A DNA stretch of 64,000 bases from Eledone cirrhosa (Eukaryota): the NCBI GenBank assembly GCA_964016885.1, contig OZ024741.1:270444001-270508000 (forward strand), written 5' to 3'. Below are positions 12,870 through 25,569 of the stretch, piece after piece. A program made the position numbers and the translations under genes. Under the pieces are notes generated by a model, which saw nothing but the letters and a program-made list of their open reading frames with translations, did no database searches and was not told the DNA's origin. Numbering within the stretch: position 1 is the first letter of the stretch; each line of letters opens with the position of its first letter.

Positions 12870-13668
12870 CTAACCAGTCTGTGATGACACATCCAGCCTC
12901 TGCTAGCAGTAGCTCTGACCAGTCTATAGTGACACATCCAGCCTTTACTAACAGTAGCTTTGCTTGAGTACTGACCAGTCTGTGGTGAGACTTCCAGACC
13001 TTGCTAGCAGTAGCTCTGCCTAAGTACTGACCAGTCTGTGATGACATATCCAGACCTTTGCTTGAATACTGACCAGTCTGTGGTGACATATCCAGACCTT
13101 GCTAGAAGTAGCTTTGCTTAAATACTAATTACTCTGTGGTGATACATCAAGACCTTGCTAGCAGTAGCTTTACTTGAGTACTGTTCAGTTTGTAATGATA
13201 CATCCAGACCTTGCTAGCAGTAGCTTCACTTGAGTACTGTTCAGTTTGTAATGACACATCCAGTCCTTGCTAGCAGTAGCTTCACTTGAGTACTGTTCAG
13301 TTTGTAATGACACATCCAGTCCTTGCTAGCAGTAGCTTCACTTGAGTACTGTTCAGTTTGTAATGACACATCCAGTCCTTGCTAGCAGTAGCTTCACTTG
13401 AGTACTGTTCAGTTTGTAATGACACATCCAGTCCTTGCTAGCAGTAGCTTCACTTGAGTACTGCTCAGTTTGTAATGACACATCCAGACCTTGCTAGCAG
13501 TAGCTTCACTTGAGTACTGTTCAGTTTGTAATGATACATCTAGTCCTTGCTAGCAGTAGCTTCACTTGAGTACTGCTCAGTTTGTAATGACACATCCAGT
13601 CCTTGCTAGCAGTAGCTTCACTTGAGTACTGTTCAGTTTGTGATGATACATCGAGTCCTTGCTAGTAG
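12870..13668. repeat. Intronic minisatellite, 56-bp unit
   Basis: CATCCAGTCCTTGCTAGCAGTAGCTTCACTTGAGTACTGTTCAGTTTGTAATGACA in tandem, with more diverged units on the left. Confidence 0.95.
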
Positions 13669-14763
13669 GGAATACAGGTGTTAAGCAATGATTGATGATG
13701 ATTTAAATTAACAAACTAGTTTTTAGATATTTTCTGCTAAATCATTACAGGGTGTTAAGAATTAAGCTCCATCTGAATGTGGATGTGAACAAATATGATA
13801 GAGAACCAGAAGCAACTAAGCAATAAAAGCCAGAAGTAGTTGATGTTTTGTTGGTGCATTAACCCCTATCATAACAAACTAACTCACAAGCCAATAAGAT
13901 AACATCTGTGTGGTTATTTGGCTTGCTAGAAAAAGCAGCCAAATCTCTCAAATCACACTATCATCTTGGAAAACATTACATTGGATAATGTGGTGATGGG
14001 TCCCCTTTCACACCATCATCATTATCGTCGCATTTACATCTGCTTTCCATACTGGTATGAGTTGGATGATGGGCTGTCTGTCATGTTCTGAGGCTAGACC
14101 AATCAAGGGGATCGTGTCTTACTCATATGTTCCATATTATATTCAGCATGGCTTCTAACACTGGATGCTCTCTCTAACACCTTACACCTTACAGGATGTA
14201 ACAGGGTAAGTTTTATTATGACAACAACACAACCAATCAACAAGAAGAGAAAGATGGAGAGGAACTGTTCATCGCATATTTGTCACCCATCAAACACGAT
14301 GAGGTTTAGCGCTGATGAAAACAGTCATTGCCATTCTTCTTTTTCTTCATCCACTTATTCTTGAGAGGGTTGTGGGAGCAGGGTCCTCAAAGACTCCCTC
14401 CACTGGGTCCTGTCAGAAGCAACCGTCTCTAACTGATCCAGCTGGATCCCCAAGCAAGACCAACCAAGCTCATGGATGCTATCCAACTATCTTGCTTGGG
14501 GTCAACCCCTGGGTCTTCGACCTGTTGGTTTTGCCTGTAAAATATATCCAGCGATTCTTTCCTGAGACATTCTAACCACATGCCCATAGTATTAGAGCTG
14601 TGATCTCTCAATTCAGAGAAGTAGCAGCTCTACCTGGAGTGACTCCAGTGATTCTTTCCCAAGACATTCTAACCACATACCCACAGTATCGGAGCTGTGA
14701 TCTCTCAATTCCTCTTCTGACAGACCATTTTTAAAAAAAAAATAAATAAATAAATTAACTTAC

Positions 14764-15001
14764 ATTATTCAGGGTAGTACTTGACACCTGTGAACAGAGA
14801 AGTTGATTGTCACAGCCAAATAATGTCCCCAGGGTTTGGTTGTTACTGCTACTATTGTTTTGGATTGTGGTATTTACATATTTAAATACAATACAATGTG
14901 AAATCTTCGGTTCTGAACAACTTAGGATCCGAATATTTGGGATGCTGTCATATTTTCCAACGAAACAGCTCAGGGTTGAATTGTCTGGATGTTTTGGGAT
15001 G
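14764..15001 (-). CDS. Internal exon of LU/ET-like receptor (domain 1 core); absent from the ORF track
   Basis: Acceptor TTTTTCAG, donor AAT|GTAAGT, 238 nt, phase 2 to 0. Reads IPKHPDNSTLSCFVGKY...LSCSEPKISHCIVF...LFGCDNQLLCSQVSSTTLNN. Confidence 0.85.
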
Positions 15002-15459
15002 CTGAAAAATTGGAGAAAGAAATGGATAAGAATTTATTAACAAACAAAGAATTGTTCCTGATTCTGGAGTTACCTTTGGCAAGAAATATGATTTTTGAAG
15101 TTTTGAGTGTTGTAACAGAAACAATTACAGTGTGTAGCAGTTAGATTAGGATCCTCCAAGGAATAAAGGAGGAGGTGGGGAGAGAGAAGAAGAAAGAAAA
15201 TAAGAAAAAGGAAAAGGAGGAAAAGAAAGAGGAGAAAAAGAAAAAACAGCAGCAACAACATTTACATTAGTAGTATAAAACATGCAAATGCTTCAATATT
15301 CACATTGTAGTGGAATAATAAGTTTCTAATTTTGTAAGAAAACCAGCAATTTGAGGGAGAGGAAAAATATTGATTAAATCGACCCCTGTATTTAACTGGT
15401 ACTTTATTTTATCATATATATATATATACATTTTGAGCTCTGCAGCTCATAGTCTAACT

Positions 15460-18030
15460 GTCTACAACGTAGTCTTCTCTCAAGTAAACAACATCTGATC
15501 CCTCTTATTTCTAATTTTTCCCTTAGTTCGTTTATGCTTTGCCGTTCACGTATATTACTATTACACATCCAGCGGAGCATGCAAGCTTCGTTCCTCTCCA
15601 GTCTGCGTATATCCTCTGCACACAATGCCCAGGTCTCACTGCCATGTAACATTGCTGTTCGTATGCAGGCATCATACAGCCTGCCTTTCATTTTTAGAGA
15701 GAACCCTTTAGCGGCCAATAGTGGTATAAGCTATCTGAACTTTTTCCATCCAGTTCTGATTCTAGCTACTGTACTTTCAGAGCACCCTCCCCCACTGCTG
15801 ATTTTATCGCCCAAGTAACGGAAGGTGTCCACTATTTCTATAGAACCATCTGTGCAATGGAATGAGCTAGTATTCTGTGGGCACTTGCTGCTACTTATTG
15901 CACCAGAGCACCGGCCACATATAAAATCTATGTTCTTAGTTAGCTTACCTGTGGTCCCACTACATCTTTTATGCACCCATACTTTGCATTTGGGACATAA
16001 AATGGAGTTTCTACCTACTCCTTTCCTACACACTGAGCATGGTCTTTTCCCGGATGGAACCGGTGCCCTATTTTCCTTCCTACAAACTAGAACTTTAGTC
16101 TTAGACAGGTTAATTTTAAGGCCTTTTGATTCTAGGCCATGCTTCCATGTTTGAAATTTCTTCTCTAGTTCGGCCATTGATTCAGCTATGAGCGTTAGAT
16201 CATCTGCGTATAGGAGTTCCCATGGGCAGCCGGTCTTGAACTCCACTGTTATAGCCTGAAGGGCAATAATAAATAGTAGGAGGCTAAGAACGGATCCCTG
16301 ATGAACACCAACTTTTACGCTAAACTCTTCACTATATTCGTTGTTAATTCTAACCTTGCTGACTGTTTCTTTATACATGGCTTGTATAGCTCTCACAAGC
16401 CATTTATCAACACCTAGTTTTCTAAGAGCCCACCAGATAATGGAACGGGGGACTCTGTCGAAGGCTTTCTCCAAGTCAACAAAAGTTATGTATAGGGGTT
16501 TACTTTTAGCTAGGTACTTCTCCTGTAGTTGTCGTACAATGAAAAGAGCGTCTGTGGTACTTTTACCTGACACAAACCCGAACTGTAGTTCATCTAGATC
16601 AATTCGCTCTCTGATTAGTTGCGCTATTATTTTTTCTGTGACCTTCATGACCTGGTCGAATAATTTAATGCTTCTATAGTTACCCCTATCTAGGGCATCT
16701 TCCTTACCCTTGTAGCAGTTAATGATGATGCTGCTGCTACGCCAGTCCTTCGGAACAACCCCATTCTGTATGACTTGGTTTACTATCCAGGTGACCATAG
16801 TGTGTCCCACCGTTCCAGAAGCTTTCAGCATTTCAGCAACTATTTCCGAAGGCCCAGCCGCCTTACCCGTCTTCATATCTTTGATTGCCTTACTTATTAT
16901 ACTACCTTCGACTAACACTGCTGGTCCCTCTATTGGATCGATGTGGGGGAGACTGTCTTTCTCCCATTTAGTAGCCTTTCGTAGTCACACTTCCAAGCTA
17001 CCTTCTTATCAGCGTCAGTGATGGCAAGTACACCATCATCATTAAGGACACACTTCTCCCCGACAATATCACGGTTTTCCTTGACACATTGCCTAGCAAT
17101 CCTGAACACCTCACGTTTTTGGTCCTCGCGTTGTAGAACATGCTTGAACTTTCTTTCTTCTGCTTCCCTTCTTGCGAAGTACACTTGTCTCCTAGCTTCC
17201 CTCCTGGCCACTTGATAGTCTTCTCTACTTCCCCCATCCCGCCATACTTTCCAAGCCTGCTTTTCGGCCTTAATTGACTCCTCCACCTTACTGTTCCACC
17301 ACCACGTTACTCTCCTCCTGCCTATAGGCCTGCTCCAGCCACAGACTTCGTCTGCCGCCATCAGCAGGTTTGCTTTCAGGAATTCCCACTGTTCCTCTAT
17401 ATTGTACGACTCTAATTGCTCTTCCTTACTGTCGAAAGCATCAAGTAATATGCTTTTAAATTTATTACTGGCTGTGGGGTCCTTTAGCTTCCATATTTTT
17501 CTCCTGAGGATAGTCCTCTTCTGTTGTCGAGTACGTCTCGTCCTGACTATGAGGTCGCTAATTATCAGTCTATGTTGGGAGGTGCATTCTTCATGGGGGA
17601 GGGATTTAGTGTTTACAACAGACACTCTGTCACGTCTTCTGGTAAGGATATAATCTACCTGGCTGGTATGTTCCCCTGATCTGTAGGTGATCAAGTGATT
17701 GTCTTGTTTATTGAAGTTAGTGTTACAGATAGTTAGGTTATTTGCGTCACAGAATTCCAGGATTCTGAAGCCTTCCTCATTTCTAGTACCAAACCCATAG
17801 CCTCCATGGATTCCGTCATAGCCGTCACAATGTTGTCCAACGTGACCATTTAGGTTGCCAGCAATAATTATATAGTCATTGTCAGTTATTTGGGAGGTAG
17901 TGAGCATCAGTGTCTCATAGAATCTGTCTTTTATAGCGCCAGGCAGTCCGGATTGGGGTGCGTACGCAGATATTACTGTCACAGTAGTTCTATTTAGAAC
18001 AAGTCTTATTTTAATTATTCTGTCATTCAC
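15460..18030 (-). mobile_element. RTE-clade LINE (AP endonuclease + RT + PHD-like finger), frameshifted and truncated, intronic
   Basis: APE motifs (ISAYAPQ, GNLNGHVG, QVDYIL), RT motifs (FVDLEKAFD, GVHQGSVLS, YADD) and CSVC...CPKC...HKRC...CGRC. Confidence 0.95.
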
Positions 18031-19168
18031 TCTCTCTCTCTCTATATATATATATATACACATCATCACCGTTTAATGTCCATTTTTCCATGCTAGCATG
18101 GGTTGGACAAATTGTTCCATTGTGAGATAAGCCAGGTTAGATGACCGTACCATGCTCGCACAGAACTGATTTGGGGTTGGTCTCTACAGTTGGATGCCCT
18201 TCCTAATGCTAACCACATTGAAGGGCATCCAGCCGCAGTAACCTAGCCAAAATCAGTTCTGTGTGAGCAAGGTATGGTCATCTAATCTGGCCTATCTCAC
18301 AATGGGACAACTCGTCTAACCCATGCTAGCATGGAAAAATGGACATTAAACGGTGATGATGTATATATATAATGTTGAGACAGCTTTCTGTATTGTAAAT
18401 ATTACTGAAGAGAACAGCAAAATAGCTATTGTCTAATAATTGTTTCTACTTTTTGGCACAAGGCCAGCAATTACCCAGTGCAATCCTGGTACTTTATTTT
18501 ATCGACCCTGTAAGGATGAAAGGCAAAGTTAACCTCGGCGGGATTTGAACTCAGAATGGCAAGGGCCATAACTATGCGTCAAGGCATGGTGTCCGGCCCT
18601 TACCCACCACCACTGCCACCACCACCATACAGTACATAATCACCATCATCACCACCACCACCATACAGTACATAATCACCGTCATCACCACCACCACTAC
18701 CACCACCATTCAATCACCATAACCCAACCACCATAAACAATCACCACCACCACCACCATCCAATCACCATAACCCAACCATCACCACCACCACACCACCA
18801 CCACCACCAATTCTGGCAGTTATTTTTGCCTAAATTCTCATACACACACACACACACTTCTGGCAACAGCCATCAATGCCAAATTAAATATAAACTTTGA
18901 AGATATTAAGAGAATGCCATATTTTGATATTGAAGAAAGAAAACAGTTGAGAATATTCACACTGAAGAAAGTGATATTGATTTGGCAGATTCTGGAGGAA
19001 GAGAGGAATAGAGAATGGTGGCTAACGGAAGAGACAGACAGTAATGCTGAGATAATGTTTAAGAGTTTGTCTATAGAATCTGAAATATTTTCGCTAATAT
19101 TAGCAAAACAGATCTACCCACCATCCGCAAAAAAAAAAGATAAAATAAAATTACTCTAATTATTTTAC

Positions 19169-19247
19169 CTGCTTTTCATATTGATGTATGTCCAGGTCTT
19201 AAGTGATAGAGAAGGTATAAGACCTGAATATTTCTTATTACAAGTTA
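19169..19247 (-). CDS. Exon 2 of LU/ET-like receptor
   Basis: Acceptor ACTCAG, donor AG|GTAAAA, 79 nt, phase 1 to 2, compatible with both neighbours. Reads (V)TCNKKYSGLIPSLSLKTWTYINMKS. Confidence 0.6.
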
Positions 19248-19254
19248 CTGAGTG

Positions 19255-19660
19255 TGTCCAAGAATCATATAAATATATACACCAGGTACTAACACAAAGG
19301 AACCAAACTCCCACTGTCACTGCCTCAGTGTGACTGTGTGTCCATGAAATATATAAATATATACACCAGGTACTAACACAAAGGAACCAAACTCCCACTG
19401 TCACTGCCTCAGTGTGACTGTGTGTCCATGAAATATATAAATATATACACCAGGTACTAACACAAAGGAACCAAACTCCCACTGTCACTGCCTCAGTGTG
19501 ACTGTGTGTCCATGAAATATATAAATATATACACCAGGTACTAACATAAAGGAACCAAACTCCCACTGTCACTGCCTCAGTGTGACTGTGTGTCCATGAA
19601 ATATATAAATATATACACCAGGTACTAACACAAAGGAACCAAACTCCCACTGTCACTGCC
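19255..19660. repeat. 84-bp minisatellite (~5 units) abutting the exon-2 acceptor
   Basis: ACCAGGTACT recurs at 19281, 19365 and onward with period 84. Confidence 0.95.
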
Positions 19661-20119
19661 GCCCTCACCACCTCTCACTATTATGGGAAAATGGGGGGGG
19701 GGGGGGGGGGGGGGCATGCACTGGCCGCCGTTACTACTTTCAGACATTGAACACAACACCACCAACACCGGTTTATAGACTAATGTTGTTACAGCTCACA
19801 TCTATATTGATGTATCTCGCTTCCTATGAGGTTTGGTGGTGTTGTAAGAGACTGATAGATATATGGTGTGTGTACAAGAGGTGAGATAGAGTGGAGCCTT
19901 ACACAAACAGAGAACACCAGAAGAAACTCTTCTGGGTAGATAATGATAAATGGGTAGGGAAAGTAGGCATAACGTTAGCAGAGGGGTGGATAGATAAAGT
20001 TCTAGAAATACTTCAGAGTATGTGGCAGAATTTTGAGATGCTAGTTTTAAGCAATACCACAATCACCATCTCTGTCTATGCACAACAATCAGGTCTGACC
20101 AAGGAACAGAAGGAACAGT

Positions 20120-20490
20120 TTTCATCATCATCATAATCACCACTTGCATGGGTTAGACGAGTTGTCCCGTTGTTAGACAAGCTAGATCAAAACTGATTTG
20201 GGTTTGGTTACTACAGCCGGATGTCCTTCCTAACGCCAACCAGTTTACAGTGTGGACTGGGCGCTTTTTGTCATGACACCTACACAATCCCTTTACAGAG
20301 TGGACTGGGCACTTTTTGTTGTGACATCTATATGGCCACTTCACAGTGTGGGCTGGGTGCTTTTTGTCGTGACACCTACACGACCACTGTACAATGGACT
20401 GGACGCATTATGTTGTGACACCTACATGACTACTTTACAGTGTGGGCTGTATGCTTTTTGTCATGTTGACATCATGACCACTTTAGAGAA
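20120..20490 (-). mobile_element. SINE/RTE tail with 48-bp repeats, inserted in an old APE fragment (~19830-20620)
   Basis: (CAT)n tail plus 48-bp units; flanks translate to ISVYAQQSG and GDFNGHVG. Confidence 0.6.
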
Positions 20491-21309
20491 GACTTTTTAT
20501 AGACAGCCTCAATAATGATTTTCAAGTATGCCATCATTATGGCTGGTGATTTTAATGGACATGTTGGACAGCCTCAGGATGGCTACTAATGATGTAGATG
20601 GTAGCTATGGGGGAAGGATGAACATTTCCTAAATTATTCGAAAATCACAGGCAGAGTCTTTCATTGGAATTGTAATAATGAAAGGCTTTGATTAATTAAA
20701 ATTGTATCTGCTGTAATGAAAACAAAACTTAACTTTTAAGTAATTTTTGTTTAGAAAAACAAGGGAAACAACTCCGAAATCCAAACTAATTAGAAACTAA
20801 ACGAGGGGTGGTGGTAGTGGAGATAGAAACGAAATGGAGAGATGGCTTAATGGAGATAACTTAACGGAAAGTTGGTGAAAAGGAGAAGTTGAACGCTGGG
20901 GACTAAACAGAAAGGTGGTGGTGGGGAGGAGACTGACCAGAGAGGTGGTGGTGGTGGGGTAGGGGGAGACTGAACGGAGAGGTGGTGGTGGGGTGAGGTA
21001 GAAAATGAACGGGGAGGTGGTGGTGGGAGTGAGACATGCTGTAAGAGTGACTGATCTTCGGCACTCACGAAAGAAATTTTGGAGAGGTTTCTTCTTTGAG
21101 ATTTTCGACAATTCACAGTCCAACACAAACCACCAGATCCTAGATCAGGCATAGGCAACCTTTTTAGAGCAGTGGGCTTCAAGAGGCAGGGCTGCACTAC
21201 TAACGAATTTAAGGTAATTTTGAAATTATGCGTGCCATTCAGAAAGCCAAAATGGGCCGCATTTTGCCCTTGACAGGTGACAAATATACACATATATATT
21301 AGGTTTGAA

Positions 21310-23035
21310 AATAATTGTTTCTACTTTTGGCACAAGGCTAGCAATTATTCCAGTACATTACTGGTACTTTATTTTATCGACCTCGCAAGGATGAAAGGCA
21401 AAGTTAACCTCGGCGGGATTTGAACTCAGAATGGCAAGGGCCGTAACTTTATGCGTCAAAGCATGGCGTCCGACCCTCTACCGATACTGCCAATCCACTG
21501 GAATCAAATCCCCATTGTCACTGCCTACATCTCTCTCGCTCTCCCCCATCTCTCATAAGCAAATGGGGGTCCACGGGTTGGTCGCCCCACGGTCCCGGCA
21601 GACAGAATAGAGAAAGCGCTTCCTCTGAGAATGGTGAGGAAGAAGGCGCACCGGGGGAGCCATTCCAGCCCGCAAAGTTCACACCTGTGGGTAGCCAACT
21701 GTGTGCCGGTGGAGGTGAGTAGGGATGTGGTCCTACGACGGGCTCAACTACAAACCTATCGGAGAGCGACCGATATTTGCTAGATTATTGAGAAAATCTG
21801 AGTTTTTCGATGGAAAACAGTCACTGATTAATGACTGAAAGCAGGGGCCTCGTTTGCCTTAAAAATGTGAGGGGAGACAAACCAACATTTGTTGATTCTT
21901 AAAGGAGCATAAATTGCTTATGGTGCCTTTCCCGGACCCTATCACATAAGTAAAATGTTACGCTAGTCAAATTTTATATATTCAAATGAAGTTCAGATAT
22001 AAAAAAATAAGCTTTAAAAGAATTTATTATATCAAATAAACAAAATCTAAAATATAGACGAGTGAAGAAGACTACGATAAGGTATATCTTCTCTTCAATA
22101 AAAATAAACAAAAACGTCGACCAAAGCTAGAAATGGTTGGTTTATGGTTGTGGCGGAACATGTAACCAAGTTTTTTTTAAGGCTGTAAATAAACACACAG
22201 AAAATTTCGACTACATATTTTTTTCGATTTATTATTATTTTATTTTTTTAACAATGACTAAAGAAATTTATTCCCATGAACAACGGCAATAAAGGAACGA
22301 AACAGAAAATAATTGTTTCTACTTTTGGCACAAGGCCAGCAATTATTTTAGTGCATTACTGGTACTTTATTTTATCGACCCCATAATCCCGGCGGGATTT
22401 GAACTCAGACCGTAAAGGGACGTAACTCTACTCTGTAAATCATGGCGTCAGATCCTCTACAGATATTGCCAATCCACCGCAAAATAAACGAATGAATGAA
22501 TATAAAATAATTAGAAAAACACAAGAAATATTTCAAAACGGAACAGGAAGGGAAAGACAAGGGCATTAGTGTCACAGAAGAATGGGAGGAGGAAGAGGGG
22601 TGATGGTGTTAGGGCAGTGCCTCGCAGACAAGGTGTAGAGTCTGTCACACTCTCTTTCCTTCGTTGTCTACCTTGCTCCCCCCCCCCCCCATTTCTATAT
22701 ATTTAACTAAATAATTGTCTCTACTTTTGGCACAAGGCCAAAAATTACACAGTACATTACTGGTACTTTATTTTATCGAACCTGTAAGGATGAAAGGCTA
22801 AGTTAACCTCGACGGGATTTGAACTCAGACCGTAAAGGGACGTAACTATGTTGGAAAGCATGGCGTCCGACCCTCCACCGATACTGCCAATCCACCGGGT
22901 TTCTTATTTAGACACAAGGCCAACAATTTTTGGGGAGGGGAGAATCGATTAAATCGACCCCGACACATTACTGGTACTTTATTTTATCGACCCCATAAGG
23001 ATGAAAGACAAAGCTAACCGCGTCAGGATTTAAAC
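21310..23035 (-). mobile_element. Cluster of ~4 tRNA-derived SINEs with Nin/Deu-like domain
   Basis: Repeated GTTCAAATCC B-box plus GCCTTTCATCC...GGTCGATAAAATAAAGTACCAG on the minus strand. Confidence 0.75.
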
Positions 23036-24891
23036 TATTATTTTTATATAATTTTGTCCTAAATAATTATTGCCTGGTTAAATAAAAACAATATTTTACA
23101 AGAAATTAACTCAACTGTGAAAATGCAAACAAGTTCGATCCCTAGGAAGTTTTCTCTTCTTTATAAACAACCACATCTGTGAAATTGGTTTGTCTGGTGG
23201 GACGGCCATGCTGCTAGCAGAGTTCTTTACTAAAAAAAAATACCCCTGCTAGATAGCAGCTAAACCACCCTGAAATTACACCTTACAGCTTTATAATTAG
23301 AATGATACATTGAGTAATGTTATCCTAGATACACTTGCCTGAAAAAAAAAAAAACACAGACAAGATGGTCAGAACTGGGACGTCTTTGATTATAGGGCTG
23401 CTCAATCAGGACTGAAATGAAATTTGGCCTATTAATATATCTAGACAGGCGTGCAGTGTTTTTTTAATCACTTGTTCAGAGGGTAAAGGCCAACAACACC
23501 CAATATCCCTTTTCAGGGCCTTCCGTGATTGGTGGGGGTGTAAGGACGGGGGGGGGGGACACAACAGGCAAACATTGTTTCCAAAAAGTGACGTTCATAA
23601 TTAGTAAGTATGGAAGGATATTAGTGAACTAATCGAGACAGTAAAATACTTTTATTATGGAAATGTAAAGAAAGAGGGGGAGGGGGGATTCAGTTCTTGA
23701 AATTCTCCCAATTATTATTATCACCACTTTACGTCTCCGCTTTTTGTAATCGAAATTGTAAATATTTTTGTAAATGAGAAAAAGTCTGTCTTTAACCAGA
23801 AGGCTCATTTGGTCGGTGCTAATCCCGGTTTCATGGCGTGAAGCGACTGAGAGTACAAGACTCCTCACTTAAACTCTTAGCTATTGCTGGTACTCATTTT
23901 CAGCTGAGTATACTGGAGCAATGTGAAATGAAGTGTTTTGCTCAAGAACACAACACACAACCCAGCCCAGGAATCGAACCCATGACATTATAATCGTAAG
24001 TCCAACTCCCTTACCACTAGGCCACGCGCCTCCACATATGTAAATGAGAAGATGAACTGAAAATAAAATCACAATCGTTCATAAGATATTTCATTTTTTG
24101 AATTGTGAAGAATTAATTTGAGAATAATCAATGAAAGTATTAGAAATGAAAACCCGGGGATTTGGTTATCGATAGGGAAATATAGATTAACATATGTTAA
24201 ATGAATCACCAGCCGTTCGACCAAAATAATTGATACCACATGAACTTATCCATCCAAATTTACTATTTCGATTATATCTATTATAACCTTCCATACTTAG
24301 AATCCATGAATGCCAATTTTCAGAACCAGTATTCGCCAGTAAAAAGAAAACAAGAGGGACATTTAAAAGTTGTAATAACTGCAAAATTGTGTTCAAACAT
24401 CGCTACCCTAATGATACGAACCCAGACTTTGTGGGGGAACTCCCGAGGGAGTCGTAGGGGCGCTATATTAATATTCAGCGTTTCTATGGAGTTTTTAAAA
24501 CCTGACAGAGCCCATCCCCTCTCCAGATCTGAATATAACAGATTTCTTCCAGAGAAAGAAAGAAAGAGATATGGAGGAAGAATCGACCCAAGTACTAGAC
24601 TGGTACTTTCTTTATCGACACTCGAATGATTGAAAGGCAAAATTGTCTCAGCGCGATTTGAACTCAGTGAGCAGAGTCGAAACGAATATCATAAGGCATT
24701 CTATCTGACGTTCTAACGACTCTGCCAATTCGCCACCTATTTGCAAGATTATACTCCTCCACTAATGGCATATAAGAGTTATTATGTGGTAGTGTTAAAC
24801 TGGGAAGACCACAGCTTTGTAATAATATACAGAACTAAATTAACATGACTAAACATTTCAGGTCCTCTGATAAAAACAAAACGAAACTTAC

Positions 24892-24947
24892 CTGAATGAA
24901 ATATCAGAATCAACAAACTTATTAATTTTGCGAATTTTAATAGCTGC
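24892..24947 (-). CDS. Putative signal-peptide exon of LU/ET-like receptor (start codon not found)
   Basis: Strong donor CAG|GTAAGT in phase 1. Reads QLLKFAKLISLLILIFHS and joins exon 2 as IFHSVTC. Confidence 0.5.
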
Positions 24948-25229
24948 CTATTTTAATGATAAATATATTTCAGCGTGGTCGGATAAGATCCATGAGCTCG
25001 GCTGGTCTCCAACGAATCTGACCCCGAAACTCATCGGAAAGGCCTCGTTTACTTATTTTCCTTTTTTTAGAAAATGGAGGAGGAAGTATGGAAGATCACC
25101 CCCGGCGGCCATTTTTTTTAAAATGTATTATTTTTGTTTGTGCATGAAAAGGACTCATTCCACTGAATCGACCCACTATATATATATGTATATATACACA
25201 CACACACGCATATATATACATATATATAT

Positions 25230-25565
25230 GGAGGCACATGGCTTAGTGGTTAGAGCATTGGCCTTGCAATCGAAAGGTTGTGAGTTCAATTCTCAGACCG
25301 GGTGATGTGTTGTTTCCTTGAGCAAGACACTTTATTTCACATTGCTCCAGTTTACTCAGCTGTAGAAATGAGATGATAGGGACTGGGGTCCCTATCATTC
25401 CACTGCAAAGTGGTCGTGTAGGCGCCACGGCAAAAAAGCACCCAGCACTCACTGTAAATGAGGTTGGTGTTAGGAAGGGCATCCAGCTGTAGAAATCAAG
25501 CCAGAATCAGTTCCCGTCCCACCCTTGCAAGCAGGGAAAAGTGGACTCAAAATTATGATGATGAT
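25230..25565 (+). mobile_element. tRNA-derived SINE with RTE-type (GAT)n tail
   Basis: TGGCTTAGTGG A box, GTTCAATTC B box; near-identical copies at 37085, 48780, 55465, 60375. Confidence 0.85.
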
Positions 25566-25569
25566 ATAT

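Noticed and set aside
15070-15150. Possible extra Cys-containing exon with a GTAACT donor
   Set aside because: No convincing acceptor, only ~70 nt from the next exon, and not needed for the domain structure.
19165-19671. 168-aa multi-TM-looking ORF as a complete first exon
   Set aside because: GTG start, in-frame stops just upstream, no ATG; mostly an 84-bp repeat. Only 19169-19247 is supported as exon.
25230-25300. tRNA gene
   Set aside because: tRNA-like head continues into a SINE body and recurs in many copies.
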